From positions 252,030,001-252,094,000 of the forward strand of contig CM097885.1 of the NCBI GenBank assembly GCA_044892525.1: a stretch of DNA of 64,000 bases, read 5' to 3'. Below are positions 44,487 to 56,900 of this stretch, piece after piece. Source of the DNA: Schmidtea polychroa. Taxonomy: Eukaryota. The notes beneath the pieces are model-generated. The model did not search any database. It was not told where the DNA came from and was given only the letters and a program-made list of their open reading frames with translations. A program made the translations under genes and the position numbers. Within the stretch, counting starts at the first letter, position 1; each line of letters starts with the position of its first letter.

Positions 44487-45499
44487 ATTTTTATACTATT
44501 TTGCCTAGCAATAGTTGCCCGCTTATTCATTCAGATAATCAAGCCAGTAAATTCATGGTCAATCTCCAGAATCCGATTTCTTTAAATGGTGACTGGGAAG
44601 TTGCACTGCAAGATTTTACATTCGTGTACAACACATTCCCATTTTTTAGTCAATGTAAGATTGATTTCAAAAGGAATGCTATGAAAACATGTAGCGGTAT
44701 CTTTATTATCAGTAATTATGATAAAACATATCATATTCCGAATCAAATATTAGATTCGCATTGCTATATGTTTTACAAGGATGGATTAAATATCAGTTGT
44801 GATGTTAAACCATTTACAATAACATTCGAAACTATTGAAGATGCCAAACGAATGGGTTGCAATAAGTTGAAAAATATTGTTACGGAGACTGAGTATTTAT
44901 TACGTTTTAATCTATTTGAAGCAAACAGTGTAATGAAAGAAGAAATCAAAATATCTGTATCGTATAATGATGAAATTGAAGAATCATTTACCTTTGCTGA
45001 TGAATTATATTTTGATAAACTTGATGATTTACTTAAATATTTAAAGTTCAATTGTTCACACATATTTAAAAATTTGGAAATTGTGAAAGATTTGATGTTT
45101 ACCTTCAGTTTGAATGAGGATATTTGCGAAGTTACATTTGATAAAAATTTGTCAAATTCATTTGGATTAGATAAGCAAAAATATCGAGAAAAATCGACTG
45201 GTATACGCAAACAAAGAATACTTGAACATCATCAACAAATGTTCATATATACTAATATTATTGACCCTATAATTGTTGGTGATTCCAGTGTTCCTCTTTT
45301 GAAATCGGTATGGATTGGAAAATATGAACATGATGAAGTTGTCAATATAAATATCGATAATCCCATGTATTTACCAATAGTAAGTTCATGTATAAACAAT
45401 ATAGAAATAAATATTCGTGACGATAGTGGAAAACTTATAAACTTTCCAAAAGACTCAAAAACTCATTTGACACTACATTTTCGTAAAGTAGATGGCTAA
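44432..45499 (+). CDS. Polinton minor capsid (penton, single jelly-roll) protein
   Basis: FYTILPSNS...N.AS.F.VNL.NPI.L.GDWEVAL at the N-terminus and GD..VPLL...YLPI...I.NIEINIRD..G...F...T.LTLHFR at the C-terminus. The start may be 44456. Confidence 0.85.
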   Translation: MAWLSKPVMDISKRPSKVNFYTILPSNSCPLIHSDNQASKFMVNLQNPISLNGDWEVALQDFTFVYNTFPFFSQCKIDFKRNAMKTCSGIFIISNYDKTYHIPNQILDSHCYMFYKDGLNISCDVKPFTITFETIEDAKRMGCNKLKNIVTETEYLLRFNLFEANSVMKEEIKISVSYNDEIEESFTFADELYFDKLDDLLKYLKFNCSHIFKNLEIVKDLMFTFSLNEDICEVTFDKNLSNSFGLDKQKYREKSTGIRKQRILEHHQQMFIYTNIIDPIIVGDSSVPLLKSVWIGKYEHDEVVNINIDNPMYLPIVSSCINNIEINIRDDSGKLINFPKDSKTHLTLHFRKVDG

Positions 45500-45854
45500 T
45501 TCCGATATTATTAGTATGTATAGTGATAGCCAATCTGGCGGTGAATTACCATATTTTATTGGTAAACAGTACGGATCAGGTTGGTTAAAAACAATAGGGA
45601 GATTTGCACTTCCTATTCTTAAACGTATTGGTAGTTTTGGCATGAAAACTGCTAAAGACGTGATTATGAATGAACAGAAAATATTACCATCCCTAAAAAC
45701 AAATGCTTTAGCTGAGTTAGGGAAGGTTCTACCTGGAGTTGCTGGTATGTTTCAAAAAGATACGCCTCCAGCCACAGCTCCAAAACGTAAAAGACATGGA
45801 ATATCGCGTATAAACAAACGAATGAAAGGACATGGAACTATATTTGCAAAATGA
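45492..45854 (+). CDS. Conserved Polinton virion protein (PZ/pVI-like, amphipathic, basic C-terminus)
   Basis: SQSGGELPYFIGKQYGSGWLKTIGRFALPILKRIG; positioned between the minor and major capsid genes. Confidence 0.7.
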   Translation: MANSDIISMYSDSQSGGELPYFIGKQYGSGWLKTIGRFALPILKRIGSFGMKTAKDVIMNEQKILPSLKTNALAELGKVLPGVAGMFQKDTPPATAPKRKRHGISRINKRMKGHGTIFAK

Positions 45855-47074
45855 TTTGTGGTAAATCCGAATTATGTATATTTGATAGACCATCGCCTCA
45901 AGCTGTAATAGAATTTGGGGCATTTGAGGAAGTTTTTCCTATGAATTCAATTACTGATAGTAGAAATGATATCGAGTTTTATATTAATGGTTCGCAAACT
46001 GAATATTTAGATTTGAACGATACTTTATTGACTGTCCAGATCAAGGTTGTAGATAAAGATAGAAAAGTTTTGGATGCCAATGCAGATGTAATACCGAACA
46101 ATTTCATGTTTCATACTCTGTTTAAAGATGCAGTGTTGGGATTTAATAATATCAAGATTGAGGGCGGAAATAATACATTCATTCACAAGGCATTAATAGA
46201 AACTATTTTAAATTACAATTCTGATACTAAAAATACATGTCTTACACCTATGGGTTATGCATCAACAGATGATGAAAGAAAAAAGTGGGTTAAAGGCTCA
46301 AAATCATTCACTATGTGCTCATCATTACAACTCGATTTTATGGATCAACCGAAATATTTGCTACCAGGAGTTAATGTACACATTAGATTGAAAAGGGCCG
46401 ATTCTGCATTATCTCTTACTAGTGCAACTGGTGCACCAATATGCCAATTAGTTGATGCAAAATTATTGGTGAGAAGAGTTCGAGTAGACCCGTCAGTATT
46501 AGCTGGTCATCAATTGGGTCTTAATTCAAAACATGCAATTTATCCTTTAAAAACAAAGGAAATTGTACAATTTGCTATTGCTAAAGGTGCTTCATCATTC
46601 TATAAAGAACAAATATTTGGTGACAGAAGAATGCCTAATTTTATTCTGGTAACATTTCAAAGTGAAACGCAATATAATGGATCTTATACTGCTTCCAGCT
46701 CAATTTTCAAATATTTTGGTGTTACTTCATTGACTTTGTCGAAAAATACTGATTATAGAGAAACATATACTCAAGATTTCGAAAGCGATAATTACTGTGC
46801 GACATATATGCAGAGTATTGTTAGAAATCTGTGTTACTTAGATAAAAACTTGAATTGTGGAATTACTCTAGAAGAATTTAAAAGCAAATATCCATTTTTT
46901 ACATTTGTTTTAGCCCCTGATTTTGATTTAAATCAGAGTCAACTACCACAAAACGGAAATTCACGACTGGATATTAAGTTTGCAAAGGCCATTACAGAGC
47001 CGGTACATGTTATAATATATGGAGTATTTGAAAATGAAGTTCAAATTACTGCAAATAGAACCGTGCTAGTATAA
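45851..47074 (+). CDS. Polinton major capsid protein (double jelly-roll, PY)
   Basis: KSELCIF..P.PQ..IE...EEV.P......IEF.I.G....YLDL.DT.L at the N-terminus; QPKYLLPGVNV.IRL; intact 407 aa. Confidence 0.9.
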   Translation: MICGKSELCIFDRPSPQAVIEFGAFEEVFPMNSITDSRNDIEFYINGSQTEYLDLNDTLLTVQIKVVDKDRKVLDANADVIPNNFMFHTLFKDAVLGFNNIKIEGGNNTFIHKALIETILNYNSDTKNTCLTPMGYASTDDERKKWVKGSKSFTMCSSLQLDFMDQPKYLLPGVNVHIRLKRADSALSLTSATGAPICQLVDAKLLVRRVRVDPSVLAGHQLGLNSKHAIYPLKTKEIVQFAIAKGASSFYKEQIFGDRRMPNFILVTFQSETQYNGSYTASSSIFKYFGVTSLTLSKNTDYRETYTQDFESDNYCATYMQSIVRNLCYLDKNLNCGITLEEFKSKYPFFTFVLAPDFDLNQSQLPQNGNSRLDIKFAKAITEPVHVIIYGVFENEVQITANRTVLV

Positions 47075-47486
47075 ATGTATACAGAAACATAAAAAGTTGT
47101 CATGGAGTAAGTTGTTTTTTATACTCAGGATTTATTAAAATAGTTCTGTTCAGGTTAATCGAATTGGAAAACAAATATTAGGAAATGAATTTGTAGGTGT
47201 TTTTCCTCTCGATAAAATTCCTTATTTGAGCAATAATCAAGCCATAATCGTCAATACTCATTAGTCTCATCTTGGTGGAGAACATTGGATAGCTATATAT
47301 GTGAAACCTAGTAATATATTCGTATTCGATCCTATGGGTTTCTATTATCCTGCTTTGTTGATATCAAAACTTCAAACAATTGGGAAACCTATTGTATATA
47401 ATAAAACTATGTTTCAAAATCCATTGACTCAAACATGTGGTCAACACTGTTTGGCATGGTTGTTGTATAAAAAATTTGATGGTTAA
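47075..47486 (+). pseudogene. Adenain-like cysteine (maturation) protease, disrupted
   Basis: FVGVFPLDKIP, VNTH*SHLGGEHW, FDPMG, FQN and TCGQHC give catalytic H/D/C plus the oxyanion Q. There is an in-frame TAG at 47262-47264, a probable 47-nt intron at 47107-47153, and the 5' exon is out of frame with ATG 47075. Confidence 0.85.
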
Positions 47487-47844
47487 TAAATGTATACTGT
47501 ATGATTTTTATTTGTTGACTATTTTAATTATTTGTTAAATATTGTTAAATATTATTATTTGTTAAATATTATTATTTTATGTTTAAAATTTTATGTTTAA
47601 AAATATTATGTAATACTATTACATGTTCAGTGCATGCACAGTGCAAAGTAACAAAGCACTGAGTAATAAAGACATGTAAAGGTCATTATTTCGTCATGGT
47701 TTGTATAAACAAACATGTAGTGTCTTTTCCTATCCTATCTCTATTTTCATTGGTCGGTTAATAAAACCTTTAATATCTCTCTTATATAGTCTACACTTTC
47801 ATTTTTTCATCACTTTTAAAAATCTATTAATAATATTTAACAAC

Positions 47845-48122
47845 ATGAACAACAACAATATTCAAAGAGTTGACGGAAAGATCGTTGGAGGAATTAATGG
47901 TAAATTTATTATTTTATTATTTTATTATTTTTAATATGATTATTAGGTACTAATCAACAAATTAAAATGAATATCGACGGACAAGCTGTAGACACGAATA
48001 GAATAAATGGTAATAGTTTACTATTATAATCATTATTATTTTTATTATGCTTTTAGATGGAAATGTAATAAATACTTCTGCTGGTTCTGATGCTGGAAAA
48101 TTTCTTTCGAAAGGACGAAAAT
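47845..48122 (+). CDS. Polinton micro-exon gene (exons 47845-47899, 47947-48009, 48057-48122; continues into N gap)
   Basis: Two 47-nt GT-AG introns plus a third donor GTAAGT, all phase 1. The spliced frame is open: MNNNNIQRVDGKIVGGINGTNQQIKMNIDGQAVDTNRINDGNVINTSAGSDAGKFLSKGRK. Confidence 0.6.
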
Positions 48123-48288
48123 GTAAGTATTTATTTATTGTTATAAGTTTTNNNNNNNNNNNNNNNNNNNNNNNNNNNNNNNNNNNNNNNNNNNNNNNNN
48201 NNNNNNNNNNNNNNNNNNNNNNNNNNNNNNNNNNNNNNNNNNNNNNNNNNNNNNNNNNNNNNNNNNNNNNNNNNNNNNNNNNNNNNNN

Positions 48289-48570
48289 AAGAAACTTATG
48301 AAAAGAAGATTTATTCATGAAAAGAAGATATTTTAAAAGAAGATTTATTTATGATGATTTTGAAAGGAATATTTATGAAAAGAAGATTTATTCATGAAAA
48401 GAAGATTTATTTATGATGATTTTGAAAAGAAGATTTATGAAAAGAAGATTTATGAAAAGAAGATTTATTTATTTATGATGATTTTGAAAAGAAGATTTAT
48501 GAAAAGAAGATTTATTTATTTATTTATGATGATTTTGAAAAGAAGATTTATTAAATATGATGATTTTGAA
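48289..48570. repeat. Degenerate tandem repeat (GAAAAGAAGATTT / TATGATGATTTT units)
   Basis: Directly visible; it abuts an assembly gap. Confidence 0.85.
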
Positions 48571-48866
48571 CTTTATAATTAATAACTTTTATATATTATT
48601 TATGAAAATAAAATCTATTTTAGAAAATGAATTATTTATTTATGAAAACGAATTAAATTATATATTTTATAATATTTTTTATAATATTTTTTATAAGATA
48701 CTATTTAAAAGACAATTTTGAATAATATCTTACGAAAAATATCTAAAACTTTAAAAATGATTATTATCTTAATATTTTTTAAACATTTTATGATAAAAAT
48801 ATTTTCATAGGTTTGAAATACCAAAACTTTTGCAATAGTAAATATCATAATGACTGCGATGATATA

Positions 48867-49037
48867 ATGGAAAGATATTATAGTCATAAATATAACGGTG
48901 TCACCTACATCCTATGCCCTAAATGTGAGGTTATTGAAGTTATAACGTATAAGGAATTTTATAATAAGCATAGACTCCATCTCCAACAATTTAAACCTTC
49001 TAAGAAGTCTCTTTTCTATAGCTTATATGAATCGTTT

Positions 49038-49113
<76 letters not shown>

Positions 49114-52100
49114 TCAACAACAAGAATAATAATAATAATATCAACAGCAATAATAATATCAACAACAATAATAATAATATCAACAACAATAATAATAATA
49201 TCACCAACAATAATACTAACAACACCAATAATAATGATATAAACGAAATAACTAAACTAAAAGATCAAGTAAATAAATTAAATGATCAAATAAATAATCT
49301 AATTAATATGAATAAAAGAAAAAATAATGAAAAAATAAATTCAATAGCAAGTAAAAAATCTAAAGTTATTGATGTTATTACAATAAGTGATGATGAAATA
49401 ATCAACATAAGTGATGATGAAATTGATAATAGTAGTAGTAGTAGTAATATTTATTATAATAATGGTAATAATAATAATTATAATAATATTAATCAAATAG
49501 GTTATGGTGTCGTAGATGTTACCAGTGATTTAAATAATAATCATATTATATTAAAAATGGACGTTTCGTCTTTAGATTTAAAAACGGTCTCTGTACCAGA
49601 CATTTTAATAAATAAATTAAAATTATATGTAAATAAATTAAAATCATGTAAAATTCAATTTTGTCTAAAGGTGGAATTTATAAAAGATGATGAGTTACAA
49701 TCTTTTGTAATCTCGAATTCCGCCCGAGTTTGGAGCGATACATTCATTGACGAAGGTATTGCTCGTTTAAATGAAAAAATAATTAAAATTAATGAGAAAG
49801 GTAGTAATTGGACTATCAATAAAATAGAATACATAAGCTTTGTTCTGACTAAATTTGCTGAAATAAGTCGGTTAAGTGGTAGAAGTTTTATTGAAACCCC
49901 AAAATCTTTAAGAAACTTAAGCTGTCTCGTTAATGTAGTTAATAATGACCACTTCTGTTTTTTGTATAGTTTCTTGTCAATTATTAAATCTGATAGTATA
50001 AATAGGCAATATAGAAATCGCCCTAATTCATACAATCTTTCTGAAATTAAATTTGATCCTAATGATATGCCGATGAAACTATCAAATATAAGTAAATTTG
50101 AACAACAAAATCCAGGTTATAGTATAAATGTTCTTACTTATGTTCTTAAATATGATAGTATAAATAGGCAATATAGAAATCGCCCTAATTCATACAATCT
50201 TTCTGAAATTAAATTTGATCCTAATGATATGCCGATGAAACTATCAAATATAAGTAAATTTGAACAACAAAATCCAGGTTATAGTATAAATGTTCTTACT
50301 TATAACGAAAAGGCTTTGATTGACATTTCCGATGAAGATGCAGTTATGAAACATCCCTTTATTGATATAATATACAGGAGTAAGATAGTAGGAGCCATAC
50401 CTATCAATTTATTATTAATTGAAAAGAATGATAATTATCATTATCTTGGAATCACAGACCTAAATAGATTCCTTAATTGTAGGAATAGTTCAATCACTCC
50501 TGTTAGGATTTGTAGTCAGTGGTGCCCTAGATGTTTAAACGGTTTTAGGGTCTTTGCGATAAAAATCAGCTTGGTACTACCTTCTACACATTGCCTAAAA
50601 ATAAATATTTAGAATTTACTGATTGGAGTAAAACAGTCACTCCTCCCTTTGTTATTTACGCTGACTTTGAGGCTATCTTACCTAAAGACACTCGCTACTT
50701 TCAACGTCATCTGCCTATTTCTGCCGGTATGCTTTTTATTAATAATTTTACGGGCGTAAAAATTTATAAGTCGTTCACCGGTTTAGATTGTGTCGATCAA
50801 TTTCTTACTGAAATTGAAATGATAGGGAAATATATTGTAACTCCTTATTATTATAAAAATTATCAAAAGAAAATGATAATTACAGAAGAGCAACAATTAA
50901 TGTTTGAAAACAGCACATCATGCTATTTGTGCAATAAGCCTTTAGTTAGTCCAGTTAGGGACCATGATCATTTTACCGGTTTATATCTCGGTGCCGCTTG
51001 TACAACTTGTAATCTGTCGAGGCAAATTAGACATACCCTTCCTGTAGTATTTCATAATTTAAAGGGTTATGATCTGCATCATATCTTGAAATTTGGCCTT
51101 TCAAAATATCATTCATGGAATATTAGTTGTATTTATACTATTCCTTAGTCTTTTTGCTAGGATTGACTCATTAACTGTTAAATTTATAGACTCTTATCAA
51201 TTTGTCAGCGAGTCTTTAAATAATGCTGTCAAAACTTTATCATCTTTACCCTTGACCGAATCAGAATTTCAGGGTACAATAATAATTGCAAAGGGGATTT
51301 TTCCTTATGATGCCGCAACTTCATTAGAGGTTTTACATAACACTCGTCAGTTACCTCCTATTTGGAAAGATGTGACTCCCGCTGAATATGAGACAGCTCA
51401 GCGAATTTGGGTTGAAACTTCATGTACTTCACTTTTCGATTACATGATGGTTTATTTAAAACTTGATGTTTTCCATTTAGCCGATTTTTTCCAGCAATTT
51501 AGAGCTAAGTCCATTGCTCATAACCGACTAGAGCCATTAAATTTCTTAGAGATTCCAGGTATGTCTTGGAATTCAGCCTTATTGACTTTAAACTCTCCAA
51601 TTGAGCTCCTCGCCGATATGGAGATGTATAACTTTTTCGAGGGCGGTATCCGTGGCGGACTAACTTTTGTAAATAAACATTATGTAAAAACAGACCCGGA
51701 TACCGCATTGCTTTACATAGATATAAATAATTTATACGGTTGGGCTTTAAGTCAACCATTACCTTGCAGTGACTTTGAATGGGTTACTGATGATAATTTA
51801 TTAAATAATATAATTGTTGAATGCACACCGACGTCAATTCACGACAAACTGGACGATCTTCCCGTTGCCGCTGAAAAGATGTGTGTACCGGGTTCGAAAA
51901 TAGAGAAGCTGTTGCTTACACATAGCCCCAAGAGGAACTACGTTCTTCATTGGAGGCTTCTACAAATATTTTTTAAATTAGGTGTTAAAATATCAAAAAC
52001 ACATAGAGCAATTAAATTTAAACAAGATAAAATTTTCAAAAATTATATTAACACAAATACGGCGTTACGAGCAGCGTCGACAAATAAACTCGATAAAAAT

Positions 52101-52985
52101 TTTTATAAATTATTAAACAACAGTCTTTATGGCAAGACTGTTGAAAATCTTAAAAAACGTATTAATTTACGTCTGTGTAATTCTTCACAGAGATTATTAA
52201 CATTCTGTTCGAAACCGACTTTTCGTAAATCCACGAAAATCGATGATGACTTGATTTCGGTTTTATTGAGGAAGGACATAGTGTGTTTGAATAGACCTAG
52301 TTACATTGGTCAAACCGTACTTGATTTATCCAAACTCAGGATGTACCAGCTGCAGTATGAAGAGTTGCAAAAATATCGCGATGAATTCAACTGCGAAATT
52401 AATATCGTTGCTGGAGACACAGATTCCTTCTTCTTGGAAATTAAACATTGTAGTCTTGACATTCTTTTACCTGCGATGATTAGAGATCAATTATTAGATA
52501 CTTCGAATTATGACCCAAATCATCCTTTATATAGTAGGAACCTTGATTCTGTCATTGGCAAATTCAAAGACGAGAATAAAGGGTTATTATATAAAGATTG
52601 GGTGTTCTTGAGACCTAAATGTTACAGTTTGATGGGTGTTGAGGAAAGTATGAAGGCTAAGGGGATAAGTATGAAAGATACTGGACTAACACATCAGTCG
52701 TATCTAGATTGTTATTTAAATGATAAAATATACACAGTCCCTCAGTTTAGAATAACGTCAAAAAATCACCAACTTTTTAGTATTAAAAATAATAAAAGAG
52801 CCTTGACATGTAGAGATGATAAGCGAAATTGGGTAGATAAAAATCAAAGTTTGGCATATGGCCATTATAGGGGCGGTGATACCGATATATTTATAGATTC
52901 AACGGAAGCTATCTCAGCAGATGATACAGATGATTTCCATGATCCAGCAGATGATAATTATTTTGGACATGATTATTTTCGATGA
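48867..52985 (+). pseudogene. polB: Protein-primed family B DNA polymerase (pPolB) with terminal-protein region; two frameshifts (about 50540-50600 and 51130-51150)
   Basis: Terminal-protein region GSNW..SGRSFI.TP..L..NV.N.D..CF; ExoI IYADFE, ExoII FHNLKGYD, ExoIII Y.KLDV; pol A YIDINNLYG, B YKLLNNSLYGK, C GDTDS; also GKFKDE and LRPKCY. Confidence 0.93.
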
Positions 52986-53423
52986 TGTGTTTAAATTATT
53001 TAATAAATGTATTAGTCATATTGTCTTGAATATTTTTTAACAGTAACTTTGTGAACAATTTTTATACATTGTGTGTAATAATAATATGTTAAAGTTTTGT
53101 TAGTTACCTTTATGACCTTTACCCAGTGTGTTAATAAATTTTAGTGTATATTTAAAGTATAATTTCTTTGTTAATGTCTTGAATATTTTTAGCAGTACAT
53201 TTGTGACCTTTACCTTTGTGACCTTTACNNNNNNNNNNNNNNNNNNNNNNNNNNNNNNNNNNNNNNNNNNNNNNNNNNNNNNNNNNNNNNNNNNNNNNNN
53301 NNNNNNNNNNNNNNNNNNNNNNNNNNNNNNNNNNNNNNNNNNNNNNNNNNNNNNNNNNNNNNNNNNNNNNNNNNNNNNNNNNNNNNNNNNNNNNNNNNNN
53401 NNNNNNNNNNNNNNNNNNNNNNN

Positions 53424-53973
53424 TTACATTGTTTAATAATACCCTTGCGAGTTGTTGAGCGTGACCAGTACCCTTGTGAGCAGTACCCATAAGGGGACAG
53501 AATATTTTGTTGGATAGACTCGGAGTATATAGATTAATAATAATATATCAATAGCTATCGATGAGAACACTAACTTGTTGCGTGTGTGGACACTAATATT
53601 ATTTTTTATACCTTGTGTGTGTGTGACAGAATATCTTGTCTGATAGACTATATTGTGTGTAATAATAATTTTGTCAACTTTTTCGTCAAAATAAGTTTTT
53701 TAAAATACGTAATATATTTAATGATTAAAATATAATAAATTTTAAAATACCGCAACGTAATATAAATTTTAAAATACCGCAACGTAATATATTTTTAAAA
53801 TACCGCAACTTAATATGAATTTTAAAATACCGCAACGTAATATAAATTTTAAAAAAAATTTAAAAAAAATTTAAAAACCCCCCCGGGGGGTAGGGGGTAT
53901 GACGTCATATGTCTTTGTGGCGTCACCGATGGCGTCATATGTCTTTGTTCCCGGGTCCACACAATACCCTACT
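53424..53973 (-). repeat. Right terminal inverted repeat (at least 550 bp, inner end in N gap)
   Basis: Reverse complement of the left TIR, with differences in tandem-unit copy number. Confidence 0.92.
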
Positions 53974-56900
53974 TTTGTATAACTAGTCATGATAAACAAG
54001 GTAATAGTAAAATAATAGTTTCTACGTACGTTTGTTTCTAATCAATCAATACTATAGGAACATAAGTCGAGTAGATTCGAGTAGCACTGACGCTTGAATG
54101 TGTCAACGGTTACCTTTTTGTTTGCACATTAAGATGCCATTCTAAATCTGTAAACGCCATACAGGCATAAAATTGATTATCATGATTACATTTTTTGGTA
54201 CAGTAACCTGATATTTATAACATACAAATGTGAAATAATAAATATCCAGAGGCTTCACTTTGACAAAGATATTGTGACAATTATATGTTTGAAAACTGAC
54301 TTTTTAAAATGACATAATTCAATAGATAATAGTATCGTAAACGTGCTTGTATTAAATGACTTAATTTTTCTTTTTGAGGGTTATATAACAGGTCGAAGTT
54401 CTGACATTTTACGAATATATAATACTATTGTAGTAGTAATTCACTGTCTGGGTACCACGAATATATGAACTTTTTAAAGCCTAAAATTGTCAATTTTTTA
54501 TTTCATATCTTACGACTAATACATTGTCTAGAACAATGCTAATTTAGGAACCTCTATACTTCTTGCTATAATTTTTAAAGATCAAATCTTTATACAAAAC
54601 ATGAGTTTATACAATAAGTTATATTGTATACCAAATTTAGATACGTTTAATTTAAAAATAACAGATCGTTTTGGGTAGTGAGTGTACAATAAATAGGTTT
54701 CATATTATACCAATCCATAAATTGACGGTTATCATAGAAAGAATCCTTGCCTTTCCACTAAGTTCATAAACAGAGATTTTGGTTGGTATTTGTGAATACT
54801 AAAAACTTTTTCACATATCATGTACAGTACCCTAAAACAAAATTGCAAATTGTTTTATCACAATAACAATACATTTAAAGAAATAACTTTTATCAAATTA
54901 ACCCATATACAAGGCATATATGTTTATACAGTACTTCCTGCGACATTATGTACTTAAAATCACTTATTCATAAATTTATACTGAATACTAATAATTTAAC
55001 ACAATAATAATATTAAATACAATGCCAATTGAAAAGAAATCTCAGGTGAAAATTGAATGAAGTTCTTGTAGGAACATAAAACTAATCTGTACAAAATATT
55101 TATTGAAAGCAACATCTTTAAATAAAGTGTTTCTGGTATTTTCATTAATATAACTTCCAATTTTTATTGAGTACGAGCATATGAAGAATAAGAAAATTGG
55201 TCCTGTTGCCATAACTAATCCAATATAGAAGCGAGCTAGCGACCTGTTTGACAATCTGAAGTTTCGAATGTTGCAATATCGGTTGCTTGAAATCACGTAT
55301 TTTCGGGGGAAACAGACTTCCAGTAAATTGATAGAATTCCATTGTTTTGTATACATTTTTTTGAATAAAGGTGGCGATGTTCGAAAGAAGCATGAAAGTG
55401 TTTTGAATAACAAAACAATGATTTTAATAATGTATTTGAAATTTAATTATAATTAATATATTTATAAATTTGAAAGTCNNNNNNNNNNNNNNNNNNNNNN
55501 NNNNNNNNNNNNNNNNNNNNNNNNNNNNNNNNNNNNNNNNNNNNNNNNNNNNNNNNNNNNNNNNNNNNNNNNNNNNNNNNNNNNNNNNNNNNNNNNNNNN
55601 NNNNNNNNNNNNNNNNNNNNNNNNNNNNNNNNNNNNNNNNNNNNNNNNNNNNNNNNNNNNNNNNNNNNNNNNNNNNNNNNNNNNNNNNNNNNNNNNNNNN
55701 NNNNNNNNNNNNNNNNNAAATATCAAAATTAAATAGGTAAAAAATGATGAATAGCTTTTATTAATGTATTTTTATATTTAAGGAGTTTTGAAAATATTAT
55801 TTATTATATCGTTCATGTAGACTACAATAAAATATATAACAGTGTATTTTTTCAGTGTAAAAATTATTTAAAACTAAAATATGTTCATGACCACTTGTAC
55901 CACCGGTGGTTCACAGCTTATTTTACAAAATAGTTACAAATTAATTTATATGTATTTCATTTCTAAAAATATTTCATATATTCTAATGGAATTACGAAGA
56001 AAACCTAGACATCATGTAATGCGTTCGTCTTTTGCTAGAAGCTACAATTATTTCATAAATCTATGATTGGGCATGACCATCTTAACAGCTCAATGGGTTT
56101 CTATACTAACAAAACTAAAGTTTAATTGGACCATTATTTAGACCATTCGGACTGAAAAAGTGGGAACTTTAGAAAAGCAATCATTTATAAAACAATTTAG
56201 AGGGCTTGGTTATTTCACATTTGAATGTTTTCTTAACAAAGAATTACTTTTCTTATGGAAAAAAATCATATCGAGAAAATGGTGGGCATGTTTCGATTTC
56301 TATTTTAACAAATGAGAATACATTGAAAATAGAGATTGATACATTTCATTAGATTTAAATACATTACTTACAAATAATTAGCAAAAAATATGATGAGCCT
56401 TTGATGTAAGATTCAAGTTTACTCAGAACAAAACATGATAATAATAGTCTGCTATGAAATAGCCCTCTCCAATCTTTATTTCAAAGTAAAAAATTTTCAT
56501 CATTTTTACTCTATATTAACTTTGTGATGTTTGTATGTTTGTATGTGCCACGCAAATTTTGTGTGATTGGATTGAGCTGAAATTTGGCAAGTAGTATTAT
56601 TTCCATATTTCAATATAAATTCTTATCTATTCATTAACTTCGGATTAAAAAGATAACGTAATTATATCTAAATATGTTATATAAGTTTGAACCTTATGAA
56701 CAATTTCCTTATGGAGATTTCGAGTTGACATTTTTCAATATTTTATATGAAATATAATATAAATTAAGAGAGTGAAATATGTTTTCTATGGTTGAATTTT
56801 TGTTTTGAAATAACCTGAATCTTACTGCAAAGGCTTATCATACATATTTATTAATTGGTTTTGTGAATTGATGCTACCACAATCACAAAACTGCATTATA

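Larger units (their letters stand above)
38477..53973 (+). mobile_element. Full-length Polinton/Maverick (15,497 bp) in SLC26 intron 2
   Basis: Termini are AGTAGGG...CCCTACT, with an exact 6-bp TSD TTTGTA (38471-38476 and 53974-53979) and long TIRs. The core gene set is complete: integrase, ATPase, MCP, minor capsid, protease, pPolB. Confidence 0.97.

Noticed and set aside
48289-48570. Repeat array that might suggest CRISPR
   Set aside because: The units are adjacent and degenerate with no unique spacers, there are no cas genes, and the context is eukaryotic. It is a simple minisatellite.
49016-49242. Poly-Leu and poly-Ile ORFs (49016-49228, 49027-49242)
   Set aside because: These are alternative frames of the AAT microsatellite inside pPolB.
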